A stretch of DNA of 62,799 nt, filler included, from Hausera hauseri (lineage: Eukaryota), in the NCBI GenBank assembly GCA_046269625.1. It is 11 parts of 11 records of this genome, joined end to end, with 100 filler letters (N's around TTAATTAATTAA, not from the genome) between each part and the next. Parts side by side here need not be neighbours in the genome. Positions count along the whole stretch, not along the records: positions 8,082 to 12,604 come from JBJURY010542008.1; positions 12,705 to 16,670 come from JBJURY010852300.1; positions 16,771 to 29,427 come from JBJURY010021118.1; 8 more parts are not named here. One strand, 5' to 3'. A model generated the notes under the pieces. It had not been told where the DNA came from. It searched no databases and saw nothing but the letters and a program-made list of their open reading frames with translations. Shown here piece by piece: positions 11,519 to 22,700 of the stretch (its first letter is position 1; each line of letters begins with the position of its first letter). The translations under genes and the position numbers were made by a program.

Positions 11519-12604
11519 TCAGTCTTCATATATTGGTGCTGTTGGCGGCATAATGGGCAACGGTGCGTTAATCACTGAGTAAATATTGTGCATCCTGATT
11601 CTGGAACGCACTTCTCCTCCCTTAGGCTTGTCATCATCTAAATCATCCTTTCGTATTGCTGTTTTCTTATTTTTACGTCTATACAAAATCGGGGGCTTTC
11701 CTCGCCGTTTTCTATTATAATACGCGACGTGGCATTCTACGTCATTCTTCCATCGATTTTCTTCGTAGGCCTTTAGCATTTTCCCAAAAGGCGTGATAAT
11801 TGCAGTCAAAATTTTGCAGAAAAATCCTGTTAATGTGAATATTTCGTATCCTTTTATAATAGCCTGAATTACTGCTTTAAATAGTTGGACTAAGAAGTAG
11901 ATAGCTAAAAATCCAAATGCGACTTGTCCGAAAATCAAAAATCTTCCCCCCCATTTTATACAGTATTTCTGATGTTCCCCTTTGTTAGTGGTTAGCACCT
12001 ATTAACGATTCCCATTTCGCTTGAAAGGGGGTATTGTCCATGACCATTGACATGGCCCGATTCAGTTTATACGTTCGTCGTAGCGGAAATGCTAAGAATT
12101 GCCCAAAGGCTCCTATGTCCTTTGGCCTATAAATTCCTTTGTTGACTGTATCCTCGAATTTATCTACCGATAGTCCTTTGATTAGATTCCTTCCAGTTAG
12201 TTTGCTAAGGTCTGCGATGGTACCTCTATTGGTAAGCTTATCCAGTCCGTACTGCTACGTCGAAACATAATCTCGTTCAAGCTCGTTTTGCATTCTTTCA
12301 GTATTGTTGGTTCAGTTGAGTTTGCCAATAATACTCTAGTGAGTGGCATTGCTAGTCTGGGCATGTTCTCATAGATGACAGGTAATTCCTGCATACATAT
12401 TTTCTCTTCTACATTGTTCAGTACGTCTCTTTTTTCGCATTAGTAAGTTAGGAGAACTTCTCCAGTAACTCGTCCGAAAACACCTTCTTTCCTTGGTTTA
12501 ATTGGTCATGCCAATTCTGGGTTGGCATAAATTAAGGCCAGTTTGGTTGTCATGACTTCAGTATCTAATTTGCAGTCATTTGTTATTATTTTGTGGTATA
12601 GCTC
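11519..12604 (-). pseudogene. Chuvirus-like (class III) envelope glycoprotein, C-terminal half with TM and tail, copy A
   Basis: LYHKIITNDCKL..ANPELA..GRVTGEVLLTY.C; CMQELPV..MPLTRVL; FLIFGQVAFGFLAIYFLVQLFKAVIQAIIKGY. These match the chuviral G pattern (C.LE...AGEV...C; CYxELPV..L.PxTRIL; FG...AG..AI..I..LIK..I..GY). Confidence 0.8.
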
Positions 12605-13013
12605 NNNNNNNNNNNNNNNNNNNNNNNNNNNNNNNNNNNNNNNNNNNNTTAATTAATTAANNNNNNNNNNNNNNNNNNNNNNNNNNNNNNNNNNNNNNNN
12701 NNNNGAAAAAATAAAATATACTATATATTTGTAGTATGTTTATTTAGTTATCCGTTACACACATTAATCTTGCGTTTTGATTGTATTTTTGTTCTTATTC
12801 AGAAATTTATTAGTTATTGGTGAAAAAGTCGCAGTAGTAAAACAATGTCCCTGAGCAACTGTTACATAACATGAATAAGTCCAATGTTGAATGTATGAAT
12901 AGTTTAGGGACAGACTGCTTTACTATTACAATTGCGTGCAAATTCTCAATCAAATGTGTTCTTAAAAGGAAACCTAGTGTCCCGATGTGAGAAATATGAA
13001 TACAAATCAATTT

Positions 13014-16000
13014 TTATACTATAAAGAGCCTATCATTGATGATTACCTCTGCTAACGTCAGCTGAAACATTCGGAGTTTATCGAATTCATACGACCAAAA
13101 CCTAACTCGGTTCCTCTCGGGAAACCTCATGGCACAGAAAAACAGCACAATATTCGCAGTGAGGGAGTCGCTAAAAGACGATACAAAATACTGATCGACC
13201 ATTCGAATGTAGAGGTCATTGAACGACACCTCACCAATTCTATCGACGAGATTCAATTCCGACAAATCGGACAGATATTTTTCCACGAAATGTTTCGTGA
13301 TATATTGTGGTAGTCCACTCAACACCTCGGTAAGGTCCGTCGGAGCCAGTGCACAGAGTAGCCGATGAAGGCCGACAGTTTTGTTCGTTTTCTCGTCGAC
13401 AAATTGGCCGTTCTCGAGAAACATAATGAAACAGAGACAGTCAATGACCGACGAGAAATTCAATGTGTTGTTTGATTGCAGCTGGCTGTCTTGTTTTGCG
13501 TAATAGGACTTTATTATTGTGTCATACCATGACGTTGGCAAGAGATATTCATCGACAGATCGTCCGTGGGCTAACAAGTCAGACGAGCATTCGGTGGACC
13601 GCAAATTCCGATGACAATCGATATAGGCCATCATCAATCGGGGAATGGTATCAATCAGACGACATCTGACTATATCGGGAACAGAGTAAGACAATGCAGC
13701 AATAATACTAGGTTCGCAAATGACGGACGTGAACAACAGTTGGCCGACGGAATAGAGTGATGGTCCTAAAAGGGGGAGTATTTTAATGGCAGATTTGTAC
13801 ACGAATCCCATGGACTGGGGGAAATCCCCATTCATACAATGACACAATTCAATGACAGTCAGGATTACGTGACTCATCGTTTCTAATTCCAACTGAGTGG
13901 ATGCTGCGTAAGGGGACGACGATGGGACAACAAGATTTGGCGGACAATTCGCTACGCGATTCAAATACAATTTCAAAGTAGCTGCCGTGAAAATTCTATC
14001 GATTAAGTGGAAATTCAACAGACTGGCGGGCGGTAATTTGCAACGTAGCATGGCCAGAATTGCGTGAGTTACTGCAGACAGTAATTGAATGTGTGGGTGA
14101 AGATAGATTTTATGGGGTTTCGTGTCGATGAATTTCGGATTGCGCGTCTGCACGGCCAACGGCGCACAGTTACTCAGAAGATTATCGACATCGACTTTAA
14201 TGAACTGCATACCCGAATGACGGTGGCAATAACCCAGAATGGTATTCTGTGCAGCTGACTCTAATAAATTGTCCACCATACCGGATTCAATCAGAGGCAC
14301 TAGCAGGTCGTTCCAGAATTTCGTTGCAGTTTCAAATACCGTTCTAGCGATTTGTTTGCATTCATGTTCGAAATAGACAGTTTGCAAATGAATGAGTGTG
14401 CTCAATAACGATTCGGGAATGTTTGTCGAAACCAAATTGCCAATGATGATTGATCGCAATGAATGAATAGTTTCCGTGAAATGCGCCATTAAATCGGCTG
14501 GTACTATTGTGTTGCTCGTGATGAAGGCAATGAAAAATGTTGCCATGGATTCTGCAAGTGGCGCAAAATCTGAGCGTTCAATACAACCGACGATCTCACC
14601 GAGCAACGCGGGCAAAATGACAGTTATCGGACCGGAATGTATATTCCGCTGAATCATGATGCTGATCAAACGAATGGCTTCTACACGCACAGCAGTATCA
14701 AACGATGACTCAGTAACGATCGGGTAAATTGCAGTAACAATCGACTGATCTCGAGTGAGTTTGTGTGCAAGTGACTGGCTTTGTTGACAGAGAATACGCA
14801 CTAATTTCAACATGGATCCAGTGCTGTCAGTTACTTTCAACACGTGTTTATTGACGAGTAATTTCATTAGATTCTCATTTTGATTGCACAATTCATTGGC
14901 TGTCTCCAGACAATGTGCTGCCACCAACTGGAGTATTTCCAGGAGCTTGGTTTCGATGGCCATCGTTAAAACGACGTTGGAAACCGTCAGTAACCAAGAA
15001 ATACGAGTGAGAAAGTGGGTTTTAAAAACGAGGCAAAAAATGATATCTTCTGCCATAAGGACGTCATCTTGAATTTGAGTCCGTTCGGATGCATCAACAT
15101 TCTGTCGATAACGGTTTTCAATTGTTGCTGACTTGGACATATAACGAGAAATGGAAAAGTTCAGTTGACAATTCGGCCAAGAGAATACAGACCGTTCAGT
15201 ACATTCCTCATTAGGAACAATGATGGCATGCATCAGTGTAATGGCATCGACGAGATGTTGTTGACGAATTCCAGCATCGTCAAAAATCCATCGTGCTAGA
15301 AATACGATGCCGCAATCAATAAGAGCCTGTGTTACTATAGGCATGTTCAACCAATGAACGTGGTCTAAAGAATTGGATTTTCGAAGAATATTTATCAGTG
15401 TTTCAACAACCAAATGTCTTTGTTGTGCAAATGCACTACGTGCCAACCAAAATAACTCACTGATTGTGTAACCATCTCGACCCGGTTCTTCGCCATGATG
15501 TCGTAATGAATCAGAAAATATGTCAGATTCGGAATTATGCCGTAATGCTTCTTTCATTTCCTTTTCTTCCTCGGTTAATTCTGTACCATCATTGGGATCC
15601 ATTATACTTCCGTTAATATGGAATCTGATGCGAACCGACTTGGCCTTTTCTGATTTATCGTCAATGTATCGCATCCATTCCAATTTATCTCGTTCGACAT
15701 AATTCATATTGAGATACTTATCATAATCGGATATGGGCAGAAATGATAGATCATCGTCGTTTTTATCAGCTGATGTGTCCATTTTTTCAACAGTTTCTGG
15801 TGGTTCTTGACAAATTCTTTTTAATTCTGACAGAAATTGAACATCCTTTGACGTTTTCTCTTTTCGTTCTTTGTTTCGCTTGGCAATATCGTTTGCCAAT
15901 TTTTCTTCTTGTTCCTTGCTTCGTTTGGCAATCAAATTTTTCATTCCCATTAATGTTTCGGGTTTAATAGAATTAAATAATTCTCCTCTAAGTTTGACAA

Positions 16001-16253
16001 TTTCGTTTGCAGATAATCCGTGAAAAGCCTCATTTCTATTCTGAATTTGCGTCATTTCCTCAACAGGGTCATAATTAGAATCAGTCAGTTGATTTGGCAC
16101 AGGAGTTTCGTTGACAATGTGAGAGACCTCATTGTCAAAATGTTCTGTTTTCTTTCGATTGAACGGTGAAACGACTTTCCCACTAGAATTTCGATTACAA
16201 GCATACAGTGATAAGTGCTCCGGCTTCGAAGAAGGCTTAAGCTCTGATTTCAT
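13014..16253 (-). CDS. RPAP1: RNA polymerase II-associated protein 1 (main exon; further 3' exons likely)
   Basis: 1079-aa ORF with an RPAP1_N-like segment (GLSANEIVKLRGEL), the RPAP1_C signature RF..G...LRHHGEEPGRDGYTISELFWLARSAFAQQR, a helical ARM-like middle and YFVSSFSDSLTAN near the C-terminus. Confidence 0.9.
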   Translation of the reverse strand: MKSELKPSSKPEHLSLYACNRNSSGKVVSPFNRKKTEHFDNEVSHIVNETPVPNQLTDSNYDPVEEMTQIQNRNEAFHGLSANEIVKLRGELFNSIKPETLMGMKNLIAKRSKEQEEKLANDIAKRNKERKEKTSKDVQFLSELKRICQEPPETVEKMDTSADKNDDDLSFLPISDYDKYLNMNYVERDKLEWMRYIDDKSEKAKSVRIRFHINGSIMDPNDGTELTEEEKEMKEALRHNSESDIFSDSLRHHGEEPGRDGYTISELFWLARSAFAQQRHLVVETLINILRKSNSLDHVHWLNMPIVTQALIDCGIVFLARWIFDDAGIRQQHLVDAITLMHAIIVPNEECTERSVFSWPNCQLNFSISRYMSKSATIENRYRQNVDASERTQIQDDVLMAEDIIFCLVFKTHFLTRISWLLTVSNVVLTMAIETKLLEILQLVAAHCLETANELCNQNENLMKLLVNKHVLKVTDSTGSMLKLVRILCQQSQSLAHKLTRDQSIVTAIYPIVTESSFDTAVRVEAIRLISIMIQRNIHSGPITVILPALLGEIVGCIERSDFAPLAESMATFFIAFITSNTIVPADLMAHFTETIHSLRSIIIGNLVSTNIPESLLSTLIHLQTVYFEHECKQIARTVFETATKFWNDLLVPLIESGMVDNLLESAAQNTILGYCHRHSGMQFIKVDVDNLLSNCAPLAVQTRNPKFIDTKPHKIYLHPHIQLLSAVTHAILAMLRCKLPPASLLNFHLIDRIFTAATLKLYLNRVANCPPNLVVPSSSPYAASTQLELETMSHVILTVIELCHCMNGDFPQSMGFVYKSAIKILPLLGPSLYSVGQLLFTSVICEPSIIAALSYSVPDIVRCRLIDTIPRLMMAYIDCHRNLRSTECSSDLLAHGRSVDEYLLPTSWYDTIIKSYYAKQDSQLQSNNTLNFSSVIDCLCFIMFLENGQFVDEKTNKTVGLHRLLCALAPTDLTEVLSGLPQYITKHFVEKYLSDLSELNLVDRIGEVSFNDLYIRMVDQYFVSSFSDSLTANIVLFFCAMRFPERNRVRFWSYEFDKLRMFQLTLAEVIINDRLFIV

Positions 16254-16770
16254 GATAGGTTCATTTGAAAACGGTCTTTCCTAAACATCCTTTCAGAATT
16301 AATCTTTAAATAAAAATTTACAATAATTTTGGCATCTTTATTTGACTTAATATTGACTCCAATCATTAATTATTGACTCCGAAAGTAATGTGGTTGGAAA
16401 ATTTCAAAAAAAAAAGAAAATATTTCTGTAAAAAACCGTGTGAATGATTCGTTAGTGTCGAGTTTCAACTTGTAAAAATCTTACAAAAATTTTCAATTCA
16501 AATTTTATTATCAAAATTCCAATAACAAAACAAAATATATGTAGTATAGTTTCAAAATAATTGTCATTTTTAGGAATTCTAAATCCGATATATTTATTTG
16601 TTATTTCAGTATATCATTGGGCAAATATGATTTTCTTGGTAAAACCGATACGTGAATTAAATGGTTAATCNNNNNNNNNNNNNNNNNNNNNNNNNNNNNN
16701 NNNNNNNNNNNNNNTTAATTAATTAANNNNNNNNNNNNNNNNNNNNNNNNNNNNNNNNNNNNNNNNNNNN

Positions 16771-19700
16771 ATGGTTTGGTCTTTCGTGCCCTGGTCTTCA
16801 GTGATATGGTCCTTCATGGCGTGGTCTTCCATGGTGTGGTCTTCTATGGTGTAGTCTTCCATGGTGTGGACTTTCATGTTGTGTTCTTTTGTTATGTTGA
16901 TTTTCATAGTGTGGCTTTCCATGGTGTAATCTTTCATGGAGTGGACTTCCATTATGTCATCTTTCATGGTGTGTTATTTCATGATATTCTTTTATGGTGT
17001 TGTCTTCCATGGTGTGGACGTTCCTGGTGTGTACTTTCTTTATGTTGGTTTTCGTGATGTCGTCCTCTATGGTGTGGTCTTTCATTGTGTGGTTTTCCAT
17101 GGTGTGGTCTTCCATGTTGTTGTCTCTCATAGTTTAATCTTTCATGGTGTGGTCTTCCATGGTGTGTTCTTTCATGGTGTTGTCTCTCATAGTGTAATCT
17201 TTCATGGTGTGGTCTTCCATGGTGTAATCATTCATGGTGTGGTGTTCTACGGTGTAATCTTTCATGGTGTAATATTCCATGGTTTGTTCTTTCATGGTGT
17301 AATCCTTCATGATGTTGTCTTTCATGTTGTGGTCTTTCATTGTGTGTTCTTCCATGGTGTGGTCTTTCACGGTGTAATCCTTCATGCTGTGGTCTTTCAT
17401 GGTGTGGTCTTCCATGGTGTGGTCTTTCATGGTGTGGTCTTCCATGGTGTGTTCTTCCATGTTGTGGTCATCCATGGTGTGGTTTTCCATGGTGAGGTGT
17501 TTCGTAGTATGGTGTTCCATGGTGTAATCTTTCATGCTGCGGTCTTCCGTGGTGTAATCTTTTATGGTGTGGTCTTTCATTGCGTGGTGTTCCATGGTGT
17601 AATCTTTCATGGTTTGGTCTTTCGTGCCCTGGTCTTCAGTGATATGGTCCTTCATGGCGTGGTCTTCCATGGTGTGGTCTTCTATAATGTAGTCTTCCAT
17701 GGTGTGGACTTTCATGTTGTGTTTTTTCGTTATGTTGATTTTCATAGTGTGGCCTTCCATGGTGTAATCTTTCATGGAGTGGACTTCCATGATGTCATCT
17801 TTCATGGTGTGGTCCTACGTGGCCTGATATTCAATGGTGTGGTACCTCATTGTGTGACTTTCTGTGGTGTGGTCTTCCATGGTGTGTTCTTTCATGGTGT
17901 GGTCTCTCATCGTGTAATATTTCATGATGTGGTCATCCATGGTGTGGTCTTCCATTGTGTGGTCTTTCATGGTGTGTTCTTTCATGATATTCTTTTATGG
18001 TGTTGTCTTCCGTTGTGTGGACTTTCCTGGTGTGTTCTTTCATTATGTTGATTTTCATGGTGTGGTCTTCCATGTTCTGGTCTTCCATGGTGTGGTTTTC
18101 TATGGTGATGTGTTTCATAATGTGGTGCTGCATGGTGTACTCTTTCATGGTGCGATCTTCCATTGTGTAATCTTTTATGGTGTGGTATTTCATTTCGTGG
18201 TTTTCCATGGTGTAATCTTTCATGGTTTGTTCTTTCGTGCCCTGGTCTTTAACGATTTGATCCTTCGTGGCGTGTTCTTCCATGATGTGGTCTTCTATGG
18301 TGTGGTCTTACATGGTGTGGTCTTCCATGGTGTAGTCTTTCGTGGCCTGATATTCAATGGTGTGGTACTTCATGGTGTGTTCTTTCATGGTGTGGTCTTC
18401 CATGGTGTGGTCTTTCATGGTGTGGTCTTCCATTGTGTGTTCTTTTATGGTGTAATCTTTCATGGTGTGGTTTTTTATAAAATTCTTTTATGCTGTTGTC
18501 TTCGATGGTGTAGACTTTCATGGTGTGTTCTTTCATTATGTTGGTTTTCATGATGTGGTCCTCCATGGTGTGGTCTTTCATTGTGTGGTCTTCCATGATG
18601 TGTTCTTCCATGGTGTGGTCTCTCATCGTGTAATTTTTCACGGAGTGGTCTTTCATGATGTGGTCTTCCATGGTGTGGTTTTCCACGGTGTAATCTTTTA
18701 TGGTGTGGTGTTTCATGGCGTGGACTTCCATGGTGTAATCATTCATCGTGTGGTCTTCTACGGTGTAATCTTTTATTGTGTAATATTTCATGGTGTGGTC
18801 TTTCATGACGTGGTATTCCATGGTGTGGTCTTCGATGGCGTGTTCTTCCATGGTGTGTTCTCCCATGGTGTGGTCTTTTATGGTGTAATCCTTCATGGTG
18901 TGGTCTTTCATCGTGTGATCTTTCATAGTGTGGTCTTTCATGGTGTGTTCTTCCATGGTGTGGTCTTTCATGTAGTAATCCTTCATGGTGTGGTCTTTCA
19001 CGATATTCTTTTATAGTGTTGTCTTCCATGGTGTGGACGTTCTTGGTGTGTACTTTCTTTATGTTCGTTTTCGTGATGTCGTCCTCCATGGTGTGGTCTT
19101 TCATTGTGTGGATTTCCATGGTGTGGTCTTCCATGTTGTTGTCTCTCATAATGTAATCTTTCATGGTGTGGTCTTCCATGGTGTGGTCTTCCATTGTGTG
19201 GTCTTTCATGGTGTGTTCTTTCGTGATATTCTTTTATTGTTTTGTCTTTACTGGTGTGGACTTTCCTGGTGTGTTCTTTCATTATCTTGATTTTTATGGT
19301 GTGGTATTCCATGGTGTGGTCTTCCATTGTCTGTTGTTCCATTGTGTTGTCTTTCATCGTGTAATCTTTCGTGGTGTAGTCTTTCATCGTGTGGTCTTAT
19401 ATGGTGTGGTCTTTAAAGGTTTTGTCTTCCATAATGTGGTCTTCGATGGTGTGGTCTTCGACGTTGTGGTCTTCCATGTTGTGGACTTCCATGTTGTCTT
19501 CTTTGATTATGTTTATTTTCATGGTGTGGTCTTCCATGGTGTGGTCTTCTATGGTGTAATTTTCCATGATGTGGCCTTTCATGGTTTGGTCTTCCATGGT
19601 GTGGTCTTCTATGGTGTAGTCTTCCATGATGTGGACTTTCATGTTGTCTTCTTTGATTATGTTTATTTTCATGGTGTGGTCTTCCATGCTGTAATCTTTC

Positions 19701-22700
19701 ATAATGTGGTCTTTCATGGCGTGGTCATCCATGGTGTGTTCTTCCATGGTGTGGACTTTCCTGGCGTGTTCTTTCATTATGTTGGTTTTCATGATGTGGT
19801 CCTCCATGCTGTGGTCCTTCATTGTGTGGTCTTCCATGGTGTGGTCTTCCATGGCGTGGTAGTCCATGGTGTGGTTTTTTATGGTGACGTGTTTCTTAGT
19901 GTGGTGTTCTATGCTGTAAACTTTCATGCTGCGGTCTTCCATGGTGTAATCATTCATGGTTTGGTCTTTCGTTCCCTGGTCTTCAATGGTATGGTCCTTC
20001 ATAGCGTGGTCTTTCATGGTGTGGTCTTCTATGGTGTAGTCTTCGATCGTGTGGACTTTCATGTTGTTTTTTTTCATTATGTTGATTTTCGTAGTGTGGT
20101 CTTCCATTGTGTATTCTTTCATGGTGTAGTTTTTCATGACGTGGACTTTCTTGGTGCAATCTTTCATGGTGTGGTCTTTCGTTGCCTGATATTCAATGGT
20201 GTGGTACTTCATGGTGTGGTCTTCCATGGTGTGGTCTTCCATGGTGTGGTGTTCTGTGGTGTAATTTTTTATGATATGGTCTTTCGTTCCCTGGTCTTCA
20301 ATGGTATGGTCCTTCATGGCGTGGTCTTCCATGGTGTGGTCTTCTATGGTGTAGTCTTCGATCGTGTGGACTTTCGTGTTGTTTTCTTTCATTATGTTGA
20401 TTTTCGTAGTGTGGTCTTCCATTGTGTATTCTTTAATGGTGTAGTTTTTCATGACGTGGACTTCCTTGGTGTAATCTTTCATGGTGTGGTCTTTTGTTGC
20501 CTGATGTTTAATGATGTGGTACTTCATGGTGTGGTCTTCCATGTTGTGGTCTTTCATGGTGTGGTCTTCCATGGTGTGGTCTTCTATGGAGTAGTCTTCC
20601 ATGGTATGGACTTTCATGTTGTGTTCTTTAATATGTTGATTTTCATGGTGTGGTCTTCCATGCTGTAATCTTTCATGGTGCGGTCTTCCACGGTGTAATC
20701 TTTCATCGTGTGGTGTTCTGCGGTGTAATCTTTCATGGTGTAATCTTTCAGGGTGTAATCTTTCCTGGTGTGGTCTTTCATGGCGTGGACTTCCATAATT
20801 CAATCTTCTATTGTGTGATTTCCCGTGGCCTGAAATTCAATGATGTTGTACTTCTGGTGTGGTCTTCCGTGGTGTGGTCTTCCATGCTGTGGTGTTCCAT
20901 GGTGTGTTCTTCCATGGCGTGGTCTTTCATGGTGTAATCTTTCATGGTGTGGTCTTTCGTACTCTGGTCTTCAATGGTATGGTCCTTCATGGCGTGGTAT
21001 TCCATGGTGTGGTCTTCTATGGTGTAGTCTTCAATGATGTGGACTTTCATGTTTTGTTCATTCATTATGTTGATTTTCATAGTGTGGTCTTCCATTGTGT
21101 AATCTTTCATGGTGTGGTTTTTCATGACGTGGACATCCATGGTGTAATCTTTCATGGTGTGGTCTTTCGTTGCCTGATATTCAATGGTGTGGTACTTCAT
21201 GATGTGTTCTTCCATGGTGTGGTGTTCCGTGGTGTAATCTTTTATGATATGGTCTTCCATGGTGTCGTTTTTCATGGCGTAGTTTTCCATGTTGTGGTCT
21301 TCCATGATTTGGTCTTTCATGGTGTGTTCTTACATGGTGTGGTCCTTCATGGTGTGGTGTTCCGTGCTGTAATCTTTCATGATGTGGTCTTTTATGGTGT
21401 GGTCTTTCATGATGTTTTCTTCCATATTGTGGTTTTCTATGGTGTAGTCTTCCATTGTGTGGACTTTCATGTACTGTTCTTTCATTATTTTGATTTTCAT
21501 GGTGTGATCTTCCATGCGGTAATCTTTCATGGTGCGTTCTTCCACGGTGTAATCTTTCATGGTGTGGTCTTTCATGGCCTTGTCTTACATGGTGTAATCT
21601 TTCATCGTGTGGTGTTCTACGGTGTAATATTTCATGGTGTAAACTTTCATGGTGTGGTCTTTCATGACGTGGTATTCCATGGTTCAATCTTCCATGGTGT
21701 AGTCTCTCGTGGCCTGATATACAATGATGTGGTATTTCATGGTGTAGTCTTCCATGGTGTGGTCTTCCACGGTGTGTTCTTCCATGGTGTGTTCTTCCAT
21801 GGTGTGTTCTTTTATCGTGTAATCCTTCATGGTGTGGTCTATCATCGTGTGGTCTTCCATGGTGTAATCTTTCATGGTGTGTTCTTTCGTGGCCTGATAT
21901 TCAATGGTGTGGTATTCCATGGTGTGTTCTTCCATAGTGTGGTCTCTCATCGTGTAATCATTCATGATGTGGTCTTTCATCGTGTGGTCTTCCATGGTGT
22001 GGTATTACATACTGTGGTCTTTCATTGCGTGGTCTTCTATGGTGTAATCTTTCATGGTTTGGTCTTTCGTGCCCTGGTTTTCAATGGTATGGTTCTTCAT
22101 GGCGTGGTCTGCCATAATCTGGTCTTCCATGGTGTAATCTTACATGGTGCGTTCTTCCATGGTGTGGTCTTTCATGCTGCGGTCTTCCATGGTATAATCT
22201 TTCCTGATGTGGTCTTTCATGGCGTGGACTTCCATGGTTCAATCTTCCATGGTGTGGTCTCTCCGGCCTGATGTTCAATGATGTGGTACTTCATGGTGTG
22301 GTCTTCCATGGTGTGGACTTTCATGTTTTGTTCTTTCATTATGTTGATTTTCATGGTGTAGTCTTCCATGCTGTAATCTTTCATGGTGCGGACTTCAACG
22401 GTGTAATATTCCATGGTGTGGTCTTTCGTGGCGTGGTCTTCCATGGTTCAATCTTCCATGGTGTGGTCTCCCGTGGCCTGATATTCAATGATGTTGTACT
22501 TCTGGTGTGGTCTTCCGTGGCGTGGTCTTCCATGCTGTGATGTTCCATGGTGTGTTCTTCCATGGCGTGGTAGTTCATGGTGTAATCTTTCCTGGTGTGG
22601 TCTTTCATGGCGTAGACTTCCATAATTCAATCTTCCATGGTGTGGTCTCCCGTGGCCTGAAATTCAATGATGTTGTACTTCTGGTGTGGTCTTCCGTGGC

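Noticed and set aside
11519-11521. Programmed stop-codon readthrough between G and Pol
   Set aside because: The stop is not shared: copy B has TGT here, and its own stop is TAT in copy A. This fits random decay.
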